DNA of 64,000 nucleotides from NCBI GenBank assembly GCA_041673165.1, contig JBAYYI010000003.1, positions 2,090-66,089 on the forward strand, read 5' to 3'. The stretch is from Bacteroidales bacterium. GTDB taxonomy: Bacteria; Bacteroidota; Bacteroidia; Bacteroidales; P3. The position numbers were made by a program, and so were the translations under genes. Of this stretch, positions 45,006 to 55,522 are shown piece after piece (position 1 is the first letter of the stretch; each line of letters opens with the position of its first letter). Below the pieces are notes generated by a model, which searched no databases, was not told where the DNA came from, and was given only the letters and a program-made list of their open reading frames with translations.

Positions 45006-47141
45006 TTAGAAGAAGAAGCTAAAGTTATTTTGTACTTTTGCTTTTTCTTGAAGTACTTGAAGTGGAAGACGAAGTTGTGATGTCTTTTGCATATTCTTCA
45101 TATCAAATGATTGTTGTATCATTTGTGGGTCTTCCTTGGTTTCTCTCTTACTAATGGCATCAACGTTTACAATATAGACTCCGTTATATCCCTTGATTGG
45201 TTTTTGGATTCCTGTTTTTGTTGCTGCTGCAAGGGTTCCGATTACTCTCATTTCTGGTCCTGCTTGAACGAAGTATGGGTCGCCAAATGAAACGTTTGCT
45301 GCTGTGTCAACGGTTGTGTTTTCTTTTAATGATATTGCGTCAAGTGTTTTTTCGCTTGCTATTAACTTGTCTGCTTTCTTCATTAAGATTTCTGCTTTCT
45401 TATCCATTCTTACCATGTTTTCAATAAATGGTTTTACTTGGTCAAGTGGTAAGATGCCTTTTTCTTTAATATCTTTTACTCCTACTACAAGGAACATATC
45501 TGTTAGTTCGTATATTTCTGGTGCAACATCGCCTTTCTTTGTGTCTTTGTTGAATACCCAACGTACTATCTCTCTTGCATAAGGGGTTCCGTTTAGTTGG
45601 AAGTCCATATCTCTAAGTTGTGAGGTTAGGATGTTTAGGTTTTGTTTTTGTGCTGCTGTTGTGAAGCCTGCCATGTTGGTTGATGCTCCTAAGAAGTTGT
45701 TTGCATTATCACGGATTTCATTAACTGTTTTTTCGCTTGGGCGTATTTCCATAACAATTGTTGCAACTTGTAGTTTGTTTACTGGGTTTGTTTTTCCTGT
45801 TACTTTAATTAACATATATCCCATTCCGTTTGGTATCTCATAAGTAAATACTCCGTTCATTGGAGTTGTGTTAACTAAGTTGTAAAGGTCTGATTGAAGT
45901 TGACCATCTAAAAGCCAGCCAGAATCTCCCATGTTTTTCTTTGCCTCAGGGTCGTCAGAGTATTTTGCTACGTTGTTTTCAAATCCTGCTGCATCTTTAC
46001 TTACTATTGAATAAACGCTATCTTTTAGTTTTGTTGCTGCTTCTTCATTTCTTTTTATCTCTCCTCCTGCTGTGCTGTTAAGGATTAGAATTCTGGAGAA
46101 ACGAACTGAGTCTGGGCGTGCTTGCATTGCTGTAAGTTTTGCCATTACCCAGTTTCCTCCGTTTTGGAATGGTGCGATGAAACTACCTATGCTTGCTTTT
46201 GAAAGTATTGAATCTGGTATTATTTGTTCAAATTGCTCTCTCTTATAGTAGTTACTGTCATAGTATTGATCTGATACGTTTGAGATAAATCCTGGAATTT
46301 CAATTGAAGATATCTCTTGGAATTGAGCATAGGTTGAGATTACTGAATCGTTAATTGCTTTTATGTCTGCTGGTGATGGAACGATTGGGAATTTAACAAA
46401 CTCAACATCACGCATTGATTCGTTTAGTTTAAATTCATTCTTATGTTCATCATAGTATTTCTTGTAATCAGCTTCTTCAATCTTAATTGTGTTGTCTGCA
46501 ACTGCTGAGAAAGGAAGAAGTGTATAACGAGAGTTTGTTGTCTTGTCGTAAACTGAGCTAAGGTGTGCTGCAATTGCTTTTGGCATATACATACTCTTAG
46601 CAAGTAGTTTCTCGTATTTTTCTTGTAAACGGCTCTTCTTAACATATTTTTCAAAGTTTCTCCAAGATGCTTGTTCTTCTGCAGGAAGTTTATCAAACTG
46701 TGCAATGTATTGTGATATTGCTTGTTTGTTATAGTTTCCTGTTTGAGGGTCTGAGAAGTTTTGAATAACCATTGGATGAATGAAGTTTCCGAAGAACATA
46801 TCATTTAACTCTTCTTTCCCAACACTAATACCAATTTTTTCATACTCAGCTGACAATAGCTTTTCGTTTAAAAGTTCTTGATAAGCTTGTTGACGTACAG
46901 TATAGCTTTGTTCAGGGTTTAAAGCATCAGTCTTATACTGTTGTTTCATGTTTGTTTCAATATTTTGAGACATTTCTTCAAACTCGTTCCTTGTGATTTC
47001 AACACCATCAACTGTTGCTATGTTATTAGGTGCACTTGTGTTCTTTGTAAATATGTCACTGAAAACAAATGATAAGATAGCTATTGCTATGATTGCAACT
47101 GCTATTCCCGCTCTTTTTCTGATTCTACCAATAATCGCCAT
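45006..47141 (-). CDS. Periplasmic chaperone / peptidylprolyl isomerase (PpiD/SurA-like)
   Basis: 711 aa. N-terminal membrane anchor (AGIAVAIIAIAILSFVF), a SurA_N-like helical region and a central parvulin-like segment. Confidence 0.7.
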   Translation of the reverse strand: MAIIGRIRKRAGIAVAIIAIAILSFVFSDIFTKNTSAPNNIATVDGVEITRNEFEEMSQNIETNMKQQYKTDALNPEQSYTVRQQAYQELLNEKLLSAEYEKIGISVGKEELNDMFFGNFIHPMVIQNFSDPQTGNYNKQAISQYIAQFDKLPAEEQASWRNFEKYVKKSRLQEKYEKLLAKSMYMPKAIAAHLSSVYDKTTNSRYTLLPFSAVADNTIKIEEADYKKYYDEHKNEFKLNESMRDVEFVKFPIVPSPADIKAINDSVISTYAQFQEISSIEIPGFISNVSDQYYDSNYYKREQFEQIIPDSILSKASIGSFIAPFQNGGNWVMAKLTAMQARPDSVRFSRILILNSTAGGEIKRNEEAATKLKDSVYSIVSKDAAGFENNVAKYSDDPEAKKNMGDSGWLLDGQLQSDLYNLVNTTPMNGVFTYEIPNGMGYMLIKVTGKTNPVNKLQVATIVMEIRPSEKTVNEIRDNANNFLGASTNMAGFTTAAQKQNLNILTSQLRDMDFQLNGTPYAREIVRWVFNKDTKKGDVAPEIYELTDMFLVVGVKDIKEKGILPLDQVKPFIENMVRMDKKAEILMKKADKLIASEKTLDAISLKENTTVDTAANVSFGDPYFVQAGPEMRVIGTLAAATKTGIQKPIKGYNGVYIVNVDAISKRETKEDPQMIQQSFDMKNMQKTSQLRLPLQVLQEKAKVQNNFSFFF

Positions 47142-47201
47142 TACTAAATGTTATTTGTTGTTGTTATATAAAATTCTCTAATACTTTTTGCTAATAGCTT
47201 G

Positions 47202-47209
47202 CAAAAGTA
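47202..47209 (-). promoter_or_regulatory. -7 box TACTTTTG (PpiD-like gene)
   Basis: Plus-strand CAAAAGTA, 61 nt upstream of the ATG at 47141. Confidence 0.4.
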
Positions 47210-47294
47210 GGAAGAAAATCACTAATTAGAAACTTTTTAATTAAAAAAGTGCATTTAAAACAATAAAACTTAGTTTAGATTTGTTTGTTTGGAG

Positions 47295-47302
47295 TATCTT
47301 TG
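47295..47302 (+). promoter_or_regulatory. -7 box TATCTTTG (S41 peptidase)
   Basis: GAGTATCTTTGCTAC, 24 nt upstream of the ATG at 47327. Confidence 0.55.
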
Positions 47303-47326
47303 CTACAAATTTAACAATATAGTTCT

Positions 47327-48973
47327 ATGCTACATAAAAGAATAATACTCGTTCTGCTTTCATTCATCCTTATTGTTCCAACTCTTAAAGCACAAGAGGA
47401 AGATAAGGGATTTGAACTATCAAAAAACCTTGAAATCTTCTCATCTGTTTATAAAAATCTTCATTTGAATTATGTTGATGATATTAACCCAGGGGAGCTA
47501 ATGAAAAACGCAATTGATGCGATGTTGGCTAAACTTGACCCCTACACTAATTATATCCCTGAATCGGATATTGAAGATGTTAAATTACAGCTTATGGGTC
47601 AGTATGGAGGGATTGGAGCTTTAATTCACACACAAAACGGACAGGTAATTATATCAGAACCCTACCAAGGACTGCCAGCAGACAAAGCAGGCTTGAAGGC
47701 AGGGGATATAATCTTAGAGGTTAATGGTCAAATTGCAAAAGACAAGAGCTCAGACCAGGTTAGAGAGTTTCTTAGAGGACAAGCTGGATCGGAAATTAGG
47801 ATTAAGGTTTTAAGAGATGGTAAAGAGGTTGAGAAAATCTTTAAGAGGGAAGAGATAACTCTTGAAAATGTTCCTTACTATGGAATGGTTAAGAATGAGA
47901 TAGGCTATATTAAACTAAATGAATTTACGAAAGACGCTGCAAATAATGTATCTAATGCTTTTAGGGAGCTGAAAAATAAAAATCCTAATATTAAAGGTTT
48001 AATTCTTGACCTAAGAGGAAATGGTGGTGGTTTACTTACCGATGCTGTTAATATTGTTAATATATTTGTTGATAAGGGTCAAAACATTGTTTCAACAAAA
48101 GGAAAGGTTGCAGAAAAGAACCAAACATTCAAAACTCTTTATCCTTCTGTTGACTTAAATATTCCAATTATTGTTTTGGTTGATAACTACTCTGCATCGG
48201 CTTCTGAAATTGTTGCAGGAAGTCTCCAAGACCTAGACCGTGCTGTAATTATGGGTCAAAGAACTTATGGCAAAGGTTTAGTTCAAAACATTATCCCTCT
48301 AACCTATAATGCTCAAATGAAGGTTACGATTTCAAAATACCATATCCCAAGTGGTCGTTGTATTCAAGCCATTGACTATTCGCATAGGGACGAAAATGGC
48401 AGGGCAATGAAACTACCAGATTCTCTGAAAACTGCTTTCAAAACAAAGGGAGGAAGAACGGTTTATGATGGATTTGGGATTGAGCCAGATGTTGTGGTGG
48501 AGCCAAAATATGCAAGCCCTTTAATAATGACAATAATCACTAAGTTCCTTGCTTTTGAATTTGCTTCAGACTTTGTGAAGAATAACCCAACAATTCCAAG
48601 TGCTAAAGACTTTGAGATAACAGACAAAATATATAATCAATTCACTGACTTTATTAAAGATAAGGATTATTCCTATTCAACAATGACTGAAAGGATGTTA
48701 AGTGAATTGGAATCAATGTCAAAGAAAGAGCTATATGGAGAAGAGATTGAAAAGACTATTGAAGACTTAAAGCAGAAGATTGAAAAGGATAAGAGCAGTG
48801 ATTTAATCAAGTTCAAAGATGATATAAAGGATATACTATTATCAGAAATTGTTGTTAGATACTATTATCAAAAAGGAAGGATAGAGGCTCTTTTGCAATC
48901 AGACACCGAAGTTGAAGAGGCTGTTAAGCTATTGTTAAGCCCAAGTGATTATAATAAGATTTTGACAAAATAA
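47327..48973 (+). CDS. S41 family C-terminal processing peptidase with PDZ domain
   Basis: 548 aa. Signal peptide, PDZ (GLPADKAGLKAGDIILEVNG), LDLRGNGGG, and SASASEI with the catalytic Ser. Confidence 0.85.
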   Translation: MLHKRIILVLLSFILIVPTLKAQEEDKGFELSKNLEIFSSVYKNLHLNYVDDINPGELMKNAIDAMLAKLDPYTNYIPESDIEDVKLQLMGQYGGIGALIHTQNGQVIISEPYQGLPADKAGLKAGDIILEVNGQIAKDKSSDQVREFLRGQAGSEIRIKVLRDGKEVEKIFKREEITLENVPYYGMVKNEIGYIKLNEFTKDAANNVSNAFRELKNKNPNIKGLILDLRGNGGGLLTDAVNIVNIFVDKGQNIVSTKGKVAEKNQTFKTLYPSVDLNIPIIVLVDNYSASASEIVAGSLQDLDRAVIMGQRTYGKGLVQNIIPLTYNAQMKVTISKYHIPSGRCIQAIDYSHRDENGRAMKLPDSLKTAFKTKGGRTVYDGFGIEPDVVVEPKYASPLIMTIITKFLAFEFASDFVKNNPTIPSAKDFEITDKIYNQFTDFIKDKDYSYSTMTERMLSELESMSKKELYGEEIEKTIEDLKQKIEKDKSSDLIKFKDDIKDILLSEIVVRYYYQKGRIEALLQSDTEVEEAVKLLLSPSDYNKILTK

Positions 48974-49008
48974 GGCCTATCTATTAAATCTAAATCTATA
49001 AATTTACT

Positions 49009-51591
49009 ATGTCTATGAGGAAGTTTTATTTACTATTTTGTATTTCGTTTCTATTTTCTTTGAGTGCTAATTCTCAAACAAATGATTCTTTATCTGAAAA
49101 AGAAGAAGAGGCTATGGGTTTTCTTAAGGCTTATATGCCCTTAAGCGATATTGCAGATTACGATGAGGCTTTTTTCACCTCTCAGATTAAAACAGCTTTC
49201 AAGGCAAGAGATTATTTTGATTGGGGAAAAACAATTCCAGAAGAGATATTCCGTCACTTTGTTTTAGTCTATAGAGTAAATAATGAAAACTTAGATAGTT
49301 CAAGACATGTTTTCTGTAATGAGCTAAAGGATAGGATAAAGAATATGACTATGTATGACGCTGCTTTGGAAGTTAATCACTGGTGTCATGAATATGTAAA
49401 TTATAAGGGAGCTGATGGCAGGACTTCTTCTCCTTTATCAACCATAAGAACCTCTCATGGGCGTTGTGGTGAGGAATCAACCTTTACGGTAACTGCTCTT
49501 AGGGCTGTTTCAATTCCTGCAAGACAGTGCTATACTCCTCGCTGGGCTCATACAGACGACAATCACGCATGGGTTGAGGTTTGGATTGACGGCACTTGGT
49601 ACCACCTTGGAGCATGTGAACCAGAACCAGAACTTAATATAGCATGGTTTGACGCTCCTGCAAAAAGAACAATGATGGTTCACACTACTGTTTTTGGGGG
49701 AGAGTATAAAGGAGCAGAAGAGGTAAACTACCAAACAGAACTATACTCTAAAATTAATCTTTTGCCAAACTACACTCAAACAAAAAAGATATATGTTAGG
49801 GTAAATGACTCTAAGGGTTATCCTGTCAAAGATTGTGATGTTGATTTTGGCTTATATAATTATGCAGAGTTTTATCCTATTGCTCAAACAAAAACAGATG
49901 AAAGAGGCTTAACCTATCTAACAACAGGCTTAGGCGATTTAGTGATTTGGGCAAATAAGAACAGTGATTATGCTTATAAGAAGATAACAGTAGTGGATAC
50001 AGATACTCTTTCTCTTGTCATAATGCCTAATCAAAATAGAGAATATGAGGAATTGTTTGAAGTTACTCCTCCTATTCAAAGAGCAATAACTACAATTTCT
50101 GGAGAGAAAGTAAAAGTAAATGCAAGACGCCTACTCTACGAAGACTCAATTAGAAATGCCTATATTGCAAGATTCCCAAATGATGATTATATTAAGAACC
50201 TTAGTTTTGAGTTTCCCCTTTTTGATTCAAACGATGTTTCAACCATAATTAAGAATAGCTGGGGAAACTATAAGGATATCGAAGCCTTTCTTAGAGAAAA
50301 CAAAAAGACTCATGAGGCATTAGATATCTTAAAGGTTATTTATGAGAAGGATTTAAGAGATACTCCAAAAGAAATCCTCCAAAGTCATTTAGATGTCTAT
50401 CTAAAAACTAAACCAAACCTCAATTACCCAAAAGAGATAATTGATAACTATATCCTTAATCCAAGAATACAATTGGAGCTAATAACAAGTTGGAGAGAGT
50501 TTATAAATGAAAACAAAAATGAGATATTCCTTGAAAATGATATTAGTTCACCTTCTCAAATAGGAAAGTGGATTGAAGAGAATATTAGCTTAAATAAAAC
50601 AGATAATTACTACGGCTGCCAAATCTCTCCTAAGGGTGTTATTCGCTTAGAGGAGGCAGATGAGGTTTCTATGGAGATTCTCTTTGTTGCAATTTCAAGA
50701 ACATTATTCTTTCCTGCAAAATACGACTGGGCAACAGGCAAGGCTATGTATTATGAGAATGGAGAATGGATTACTGCTTTACACAAGAATAAACAAGAAG
50801 AGGGTGGAGAGGCTGATATTAAGAATAACGGAAAAAGCATATTGAATGTCTATAATAATACTACCACAAATAGGATTAAACCAGAGTATTCAACCCATTT
50901 TACTCTTGCTAAATTTGTTGACGGTAAGTTCCAAACGCTTGACTACGAATATGACCCAAAATTTAAGGACTTTCCAGAGAAATTAAACTTAGAGTCTGGA
51001 TACTACCGCTTACTTACAGGCAATAGGGCAAATGATGGAACGGTTTATATTAAGACAAACTACTTTAATCTTAAACCAGGTAGGACTTCTGATTTATTTG
51101 TAGAGCTAAGAGAAATCTCTCAAAATCTTGTTGTTGAAGGTGTGATGAAGATGAATACTAATGTTAATCTTCAAAATAAAGAAAAGACAACCTTAGCTGA
51201 GCTTTCAAACGATAAGGGATTAGTTATTGCAATTATCGACCCTAATTCGGAGCCAACAAAACATATAATGGTTGATATTCCATTATTTAAAGAAGAATTT
51301 GAACAGTGGCAAGGGGGAGTCCTTTTCTTAGTTCCAGAGAATAAACTAAGAGGAGATTTTTCTGAAAAAACCTATAAAAACCTTCCAGAGCAATCTGTCC
51401 TTGCAATAGATAAAGGGAATAAGATTTTAAAACAAGTTCTCAAAGCAACAAAGAAAGATATAAAAGATAATCTCCCAATAATTCTTTTAATCACAAAAGA
51501 AGGTAATATAGTATTTCTTTCAGATGGATACAGGATTGGCTCAGGGGAAAACCTAATTAAAACAATTTACCAGATAGAAGAAAAGAAATGA
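49009..51591 (+). CDS. Transglutaminase-like domain protein, large secreted
   Basis: 860 aa. Signal peptide and a transglutaminase core, GRCGEESTFTVTALRAVSIPARQCY...HAWVEVWIDGTWYHL (Cys-His-Asp type). Confidence 0.7.
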   Translation: MSMRKFYLLFCISFLFSLSANSQTNDSLSEKEEEAMGFLKAYMPLSDIADYDEAFFTSQIKTAFKARDYFDWGKTIPEEIFRHFVLVYRVNNENLDSSRHVFCNELKDRIKNMTMYDAALEVNHWCHEYVNYKGADGRTSSPLSTIRTSHGRCGEESTFTVTALRAVSIPARQCYTPRWAHTDDNHAWVEVWIDGTWYHLGACEPEPELNIAWFDAPAKRTMMVHTTVFGGEYKGAEEVNYQTELYSKINLLPNYTQTKKIYVRVNDSKGYPVKDCDVDFGLYNYAEFYPIAQTKTDERGLTYLTTGLGDLVIWANKNSDYAYKKITVVDTDTLSLVIMPNQNREYEELFEVTPPIQRAITTISGEKVKVNARRLLYEDSIRNAYIARFPNDDYIKNLSFEFPLFDSNDVSTIIKNSWGNYKDIEAFLRENKKTHEALDILKVIYEKDLRDTPKEILQSHLDVYLKTKPNLNYPKEIIDNYILNPRIQLELITSWREFINENKNEIFLENDISSPSQIGKWIEENISLNKTDNYYGCQISPKGVIRLEEADEVSMEILFVAISRTLFFPAKYDWATGKAMYYENGEWITALHKNKQEEGGEADIKNNGKSILNVYNNTTTNRIKPEYSTHFTLAKFVDGKFQTLDYEYDPKFKDFPEKLNLESGYYRLLTGNRANDGTVYIKTNYFNLKPGRTSDLFVELREISQNLVVEGVMKMNTNVNLQNKEKTTLAELSNDKGLVIAIIDPNSEPTKHIMVDIPLFKEEFEQWQGGVLFLVPENKLRGDFSEKTYKNLPEQSVLAIDKGNKILKQVLKATKKDIKDNLPIILLITKEGNIVFLSDGYRIGSGENLIKTIYQIEEKK

Positions 51592-52268
51592 GAAAAATAA
51601 TATCATATAAGTTCAATCACTTAATAACTTTAACCTCTTTATTCCTATTGTTTTTCAGCATAAACCTAATGGCTCAGCCTGTTAAAAGCACAGTTGAGAC
51701 CTCCAATCAAGCCTGGAAATATGGAATAAGAGCTGGAGCAAATTATGACGGAACAAATATTCGTCAAGGTTCTGAATATAAAATAGGATGGAAGGCAGGA
51801 TTTGTTGCAGAGAAGAGATTAGTATATAATATGTATTTCCAACCCTCAATATCATTTCTAAACAAAGGATATCAATCTGAAATGCCTTTCTCCCAAAGGG
51901 ATGATATCAATGCATATTTAATTGAAGGAGTTGCAGGAATGTTAATGAAATTTGGAGATGAGAGGGCTGGAAGAGGTTTAATCATTTCAATTGCACCATA
52001 TTTTACTTATGGAATTGGTGGAAACTCAATATTTGAAGATTTAAGAGACCCATTAGATACTAATTACTTTGGTAAGGTAACTGAAAAAACCTTTTCGGAT
52101 AATAGGTTAAATGCCTTTGATATTGGATTTCAATTAGGTCTTGGTTATGATATTAATCATAGATGGGAATTAGGAGGAGTTTATATTTTTGGACTTAATA
52201 AAATGAGGAATAATTCAAATGCTCTTTGGACAGGATTTCAAGTCCATCTAAGCTATTTCTTTTATTAG
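51588..52268 (+). CDS. Outer-membrane beta-barrel protein (porin/PorT-like family)
   Basis: 226 aa. Signal peptide, alternating beta-strand pattern and an aromatic C-terminus (LSYFFY). The start overlaps the upstream stop. Confidence 0.55.
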   Translation: MRKIISYKFNHLITLTSLFLLFFSINLMAQPVKSTVETSNQAWKYGIRAGANYDGTNIRQGSEYKIGWKAGFVAEKRLVYNMYFQPSISFLNKGYQSEMPFSQRDDINAYLIEGVAGMLMKFGDERAGRGLIISIAPYFTYGIGGNSIFEDLRDPLDTNYFGKVTEKTFSDNRLNAFDIGFQLGLGYDINHRWELGGVYIFGLNKMRNNSNALWTGFQVHLSYFFY

Positions 52269-52273
52269 AAAGC

Positions 52274-52347
52274 CAAACGCTGAAACAGTAAATTAATACG
52301 CTGAAAGAATTTCTTGAATCAAAGATCTAATTTTTTAAATCAAAGAA
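52274..52347 (+). repeat. Core element copy (52296-52326) plus partial copy, phased at 21 bp
   Basis: ATACGCTGAAAGAATTTCTTGAATCAAAGATC. CGCTGAAA occurs at 52278 and 52299. TCAAAGA occurs at 52319 and 52340. Confidence 0.8.
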
Positions 52348-52351
52348 AGGA

Positions 52352-54556
52352 TTATACTGGAATTGAAATCTTTACCGTTGTTCCTTTATTTAATTCAGAT
52401 TCTAAAGAGATTTTTCCTCCTATAAGTTCAATATATGCCTTAGCAATTGGTAAGCCCAATCCATTACCACCATAAGATCTTGTCAATTCAGAATCAACTT
52501 GGCGAAATGGGAAGAAAACAACCCTTTTCATCTCTTCTGGAATTCCAATACCTTTATCAATTACGCTGATTTCAGCATTTGAATTATCAATCATACATTT
52601 AACTAAGACATCTCCTTTTTGAGTAAATTTGATAGAATTATCTATTATATAATTTACTACTTTTCCTATTTTTTCCTCATCTGAATTAAGAATAAACTCA
52701 TCACAAGAGTGATTTATCTCGCAATTAATGATTATTCCCTTTTCTTTTGCGACAAAGTTTTGTTCATAAACAATGTTTTTTATAAGCGATAATAGGTCAA
52801 ATGGTTTTATTTGAGGTACTATTTGGTTGGAGTAAATTTTAGAAATCTCAATTATGTTATCAATGATAATAATTAATTTTTCTGTATTGTTAGCTATTTG
52901 TGATGAGAACTCTTTTAGATCTTCTAAGCTATTATCCTTTTGTGAGATTAGTTTTGTAAATCCTATTATTGAATTAAGAGGTGTTCTTACTTCATGTGAC
53001 ATATTACGTAAGAATGAAGATTTTAATTTGTCACTTTCTTCGGCTCTTTCTTTTGCTGCAATTAATTCTTTTTCTGAATTGAGTTCTTCTGTTATATCTC
53101 TACCAACTCCAATAACCTTTAGAGGCTTTCCTTCACTATTTCTTATTAGTGTTCCCTGCGATTTGATATGAATAATACGTCCATCTTTGTGAATAACTCG
53201 ATATTCTGTATCATATTCTTTTTCCCCTTTTATGGCTAATTGGTTAGTTTCCTTGAATTTTTCTTTGTCATCAGGATGGATTAAGTCGAATAAAGAATTC
53301 AAATTATTCTTTTCTGAATTTTCTATTCCGAAAACTTCGCATACTCTATTACCCCATGTCAGATTACCACTTTCTATGTCCAATTCCCAAACGGCTAATT
53401 TAGCAGATTGAGCTGCTAATTGAAGTCCAGAGTCTTTTTCTATTAAATCATTCTGTATTTTTTTGTTTAATTCTATTTCACAACTAAGTGAATTATTGGT
53501 ATTTATTAGTTCCTCAGTCCTTTCAAATACTCGCCTTTCAAGTTCTTCTTCTACCTTTTTTCGTCTTGAAATTTCCTTTTGTAATTGTATATATTGCCCC
53601 TCAAGCCTTCTTTCTATTTCTTTCTGTTTAGTGCGATCAATTCCAAAACAGATTGTTTTTATTAGCTTCCCCTCTGGAGAGTAAATTCCATTATTTGTCC
53701 ATGCAATCCATAACTTCTCTCCATTTTTCTTTACATTTTCGTTCTCGCTACTATAATAATTTTCAGGATTTTTTGAAACAATGCTTAATTTATTCTTTAG
53801 GTCATAACCAAATGAGTCAAACTCATTGACAATTGTGCCAACAATATTCTTGCCAACAATTTCTTCATCCTTAAAATGAAATAGTCTTTTCCCAAATGCA
53901 TTGATAAATAATATAATTCCCTCAGGGTCTAATTCTAATACAATGCTTGTTGACTGATCGATTAATGTGCGATATTTTATTTGGTTCTCAACTAACTTAT
54001 TTTCTATATCTCTTCGTTCCGATATTTCTTTCTCTAAGCTCTTATTTAAATTATATAGCTGCTCTGTTCTCTCAATAATTTTTTGTTCAAGATTACTTTT
54101 ATATTCATTTGTATCTATATCCAATCGTGCCCTTTGGCTTATATCAAGGATATTCCCAAGTAAAAGTTTAGTATTCCCAAATTTTACAATGCTTGCAAAT
54201 ATCATTAAATAAACAATTTCTCCATTTTTCTTTCTCCCACGGATTTCATACTTAATAGGAGTAAAATCACTTGAAAGTCTAAGATTCTTTTTTTCTTTTA
54301 ATAATGCTTGGTCTTCTGCTATTACTATCTCTTCAGGACTAATACCAATAAGTTCGTCTTTTTCGTATCCAAATATTTCATTAAATGCTTGGTTAGAATA
54401 CTGTAACTTATTTTCATTTAGAATAAATACACCAGTAAGAGAATTCTCACAAAAGGCATGAAATAATATATTATCATCCTTTTCAAACTCTTCAACTGAA
54501 ATAGTTTTGATGGGATTATCTATATTATCTTGAAAAGTGGGTTTGTTATTCTTCAT
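52352..54556 (-). CDS. Multi-PAS sensor histidine kinase (cytoplasmic, no receiver domain)
   Basis: 734 aa. Three PAS-like modules separated by coiled-coil linkers, an H-box (FLRNMSHEVRTPLNSIIGF), an N-box and G-boxes (DKGIGIP, GGNGLGLPIAKAY). Confidence 0.8.
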   Translation of the reverse strand: MKNNKPTFQDNIDNPIKTISVEEFEKDDNILFHAFCENSLTGVFILNENKLQYSNQAFNEIFGYEKDELIGISPEEIVIAEDQALLKEKKNLRLSSDFTPIKYEIRGRKKNGEIVYLMIFASIVKFGNTKLLLGNILDISQRARLDIDTNEYKSNLEQKIIERTEQLYNLNKSLEKEISERRDIENKLVENQIKYRTLIDQSTSIVLELDPEGIILFINAFGKRLFHFKDEEIVGKNIVGTIVNEFDSFGYDLKNKLSIVSKNPENYYSSENENVKKNGEKLWIAWTNNGIYSPEGKLIKTICFGIDRTKQKEIERRLEGQYIQLQKEISRRKKVEEELERRVFERTEELINTNNSLSCEIELNKKIQNDLIEKDSGLQLAAQSAKLAVWELDIESGNLTWGNRVCEVFGIENSEKNNLNSLFDLIHPDDKEKFKETNQLAIKGEKEYDTEYRVIHKDGRIIHIKSQGTLIRNSEGKPLKVIGVGRDITEELNSEKELIAAKERAEESDKLKSSFLRNMSHEVRTPLNSIIGFTKLISQKDNSLEDLKEFSSQIANNTEKLIIIIDNIIEISKIYSNQIVPQIKPFDLLSLIKNIVYEQNFVAKEKGIIINCEINHSCDEFILNSDEEKIGKVVNYIIDNSIKFTQKGDVLVKCMIDNSNAEISVIDKGIGIPEEMKRVVFFPFRQVDSELTRSYGGNGLGLPIAKAYIELIGGKISLESELNKGTTVKISIPV

Positions 54557-54594
54557 ATTGGTATGTGTTAAATCAAAGACTAAGAAAATCAGCT

Positions 54595-55506
54595 TTATTT
54601 ATTGATAAATTTATCTTGATATATGTTTTCTGGTCTTTTATGTTTCCATCTCTTGTGTGACCAAAGCCAATAAGGGGACGCTTGTTTTATTGTTTTCTCT
54701 AATTCTCTAAGATATTTAAGAGTTATTTCTCCATACTGGGTTTCTTGTGGGTCGTCTTCAAGAGGGATTAACTCAAATGAATAATAACCCCTCTTAACTT
54801 TACTGACTCTATAATATATTACAGGAAAGCCTTCCTTCTTTGCTAAGTTCTCTGGACCAAAAATTGCTGGTGTGTCTTGATTAAGAAACTCTGTCCAATA
54901 GCATTTATGCTTATCATTTGGGCTTTGGTCTGCAAGTAACATAAATATTGTAGGCGTTTTCTCTTGTTTTTTTTGCTCAATTAATGCTTTAACATTATCA
55001 GAATAGCAGACCTCTGTTCCATAACGTGTCCTCTTCTTATGCATTAGGTCTCCAAAAACTTTATTACTCATTCTTTTTCCAACACCAACACCTTGGAAAT
55101 TGAACTGCATACCAAGCGATAAGACCATATACTCCCAATTATTATGGTGAGATGATACAAATATTAAGCTTTGGTTTTTGTTATAATACTTTTCAAGAAC
55201 CTCTTTATTTTGACAAGAATATCTCTTCATTAGATTTGTTTTAGAGATAGTAAGCATCTTCAACGCCTCCATAAAGACATCTGAGAGGTGGTTATAGAAT
55301 TGCTTTTTTATTGTTTTAAGTTCTTCTTCTGTTTTATTTGGGAAGGATTTCTTGAGGTTTGTTTCCACAACCATAACCCTATATTTTAATAAATATTGAA
55401 GTATTGGTCTTAGGATATTAGAAACACCATATAGAAACCACATCGGCAAAAGAGATAATGGGACTAATAGACAATAGAAAACAAAATAATATACAATTTT
55501 CTTCAT
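54595..55506 (-). CDS. Lipid A biosynthesis late acyltransferase family protein (LpxL/LpxM-like)
   Basis: 303 aa. N-terminal TM helix and SSHHNNWEY (the HxxxxE/D acyltransferase motif as in LpxL, H-x-x-N-W-E). Confidence 0.7.
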   Translation of the reverse strand: MKKIVYYFVFYCLLVPLSLLPMWFLYGVSNILRPILQYLLKYRVMVVETNLKKSFPNKTEEELKTIKKQFYNHLSDVFMEALKMLTISKTNLMKRYSCQNKEVLEKYYNKNQSLIFVSSHHNNWEYMVLSLGMQFNFQGVGVGKRMSNKVFGDLMHKKRTRYGTEVCYSDNVKALIEQKKQEKTPTIFMLLADQSPNDKHKCYWTEFLNQDTPAIFGPENLAKKEGFPVIYYRVSKVKRGYYSFELIPLEDDPQETQYGEITLKYLRELEKTIKQASPYWLWSHKRWKHKRPENIYQDKFINK

Positions 55507-55522
55507 ATTGTAAATTTAGATT

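Noticed and set aside
45197-46804. Several 70-126 aa ORFs inside the PpiD-like gene, on either strand. Similar ones lie at 1296-1484, 9277-9585, 11350-11739, 28678-29040, 38409-38675 and 52854-54212.
   Set aside because: All lie fully inside longer ORFs that have clear family motifs. They have low-complexity or Leu/Ser/Phe-rich composition typical of off-frame translation of AT-rich genes.
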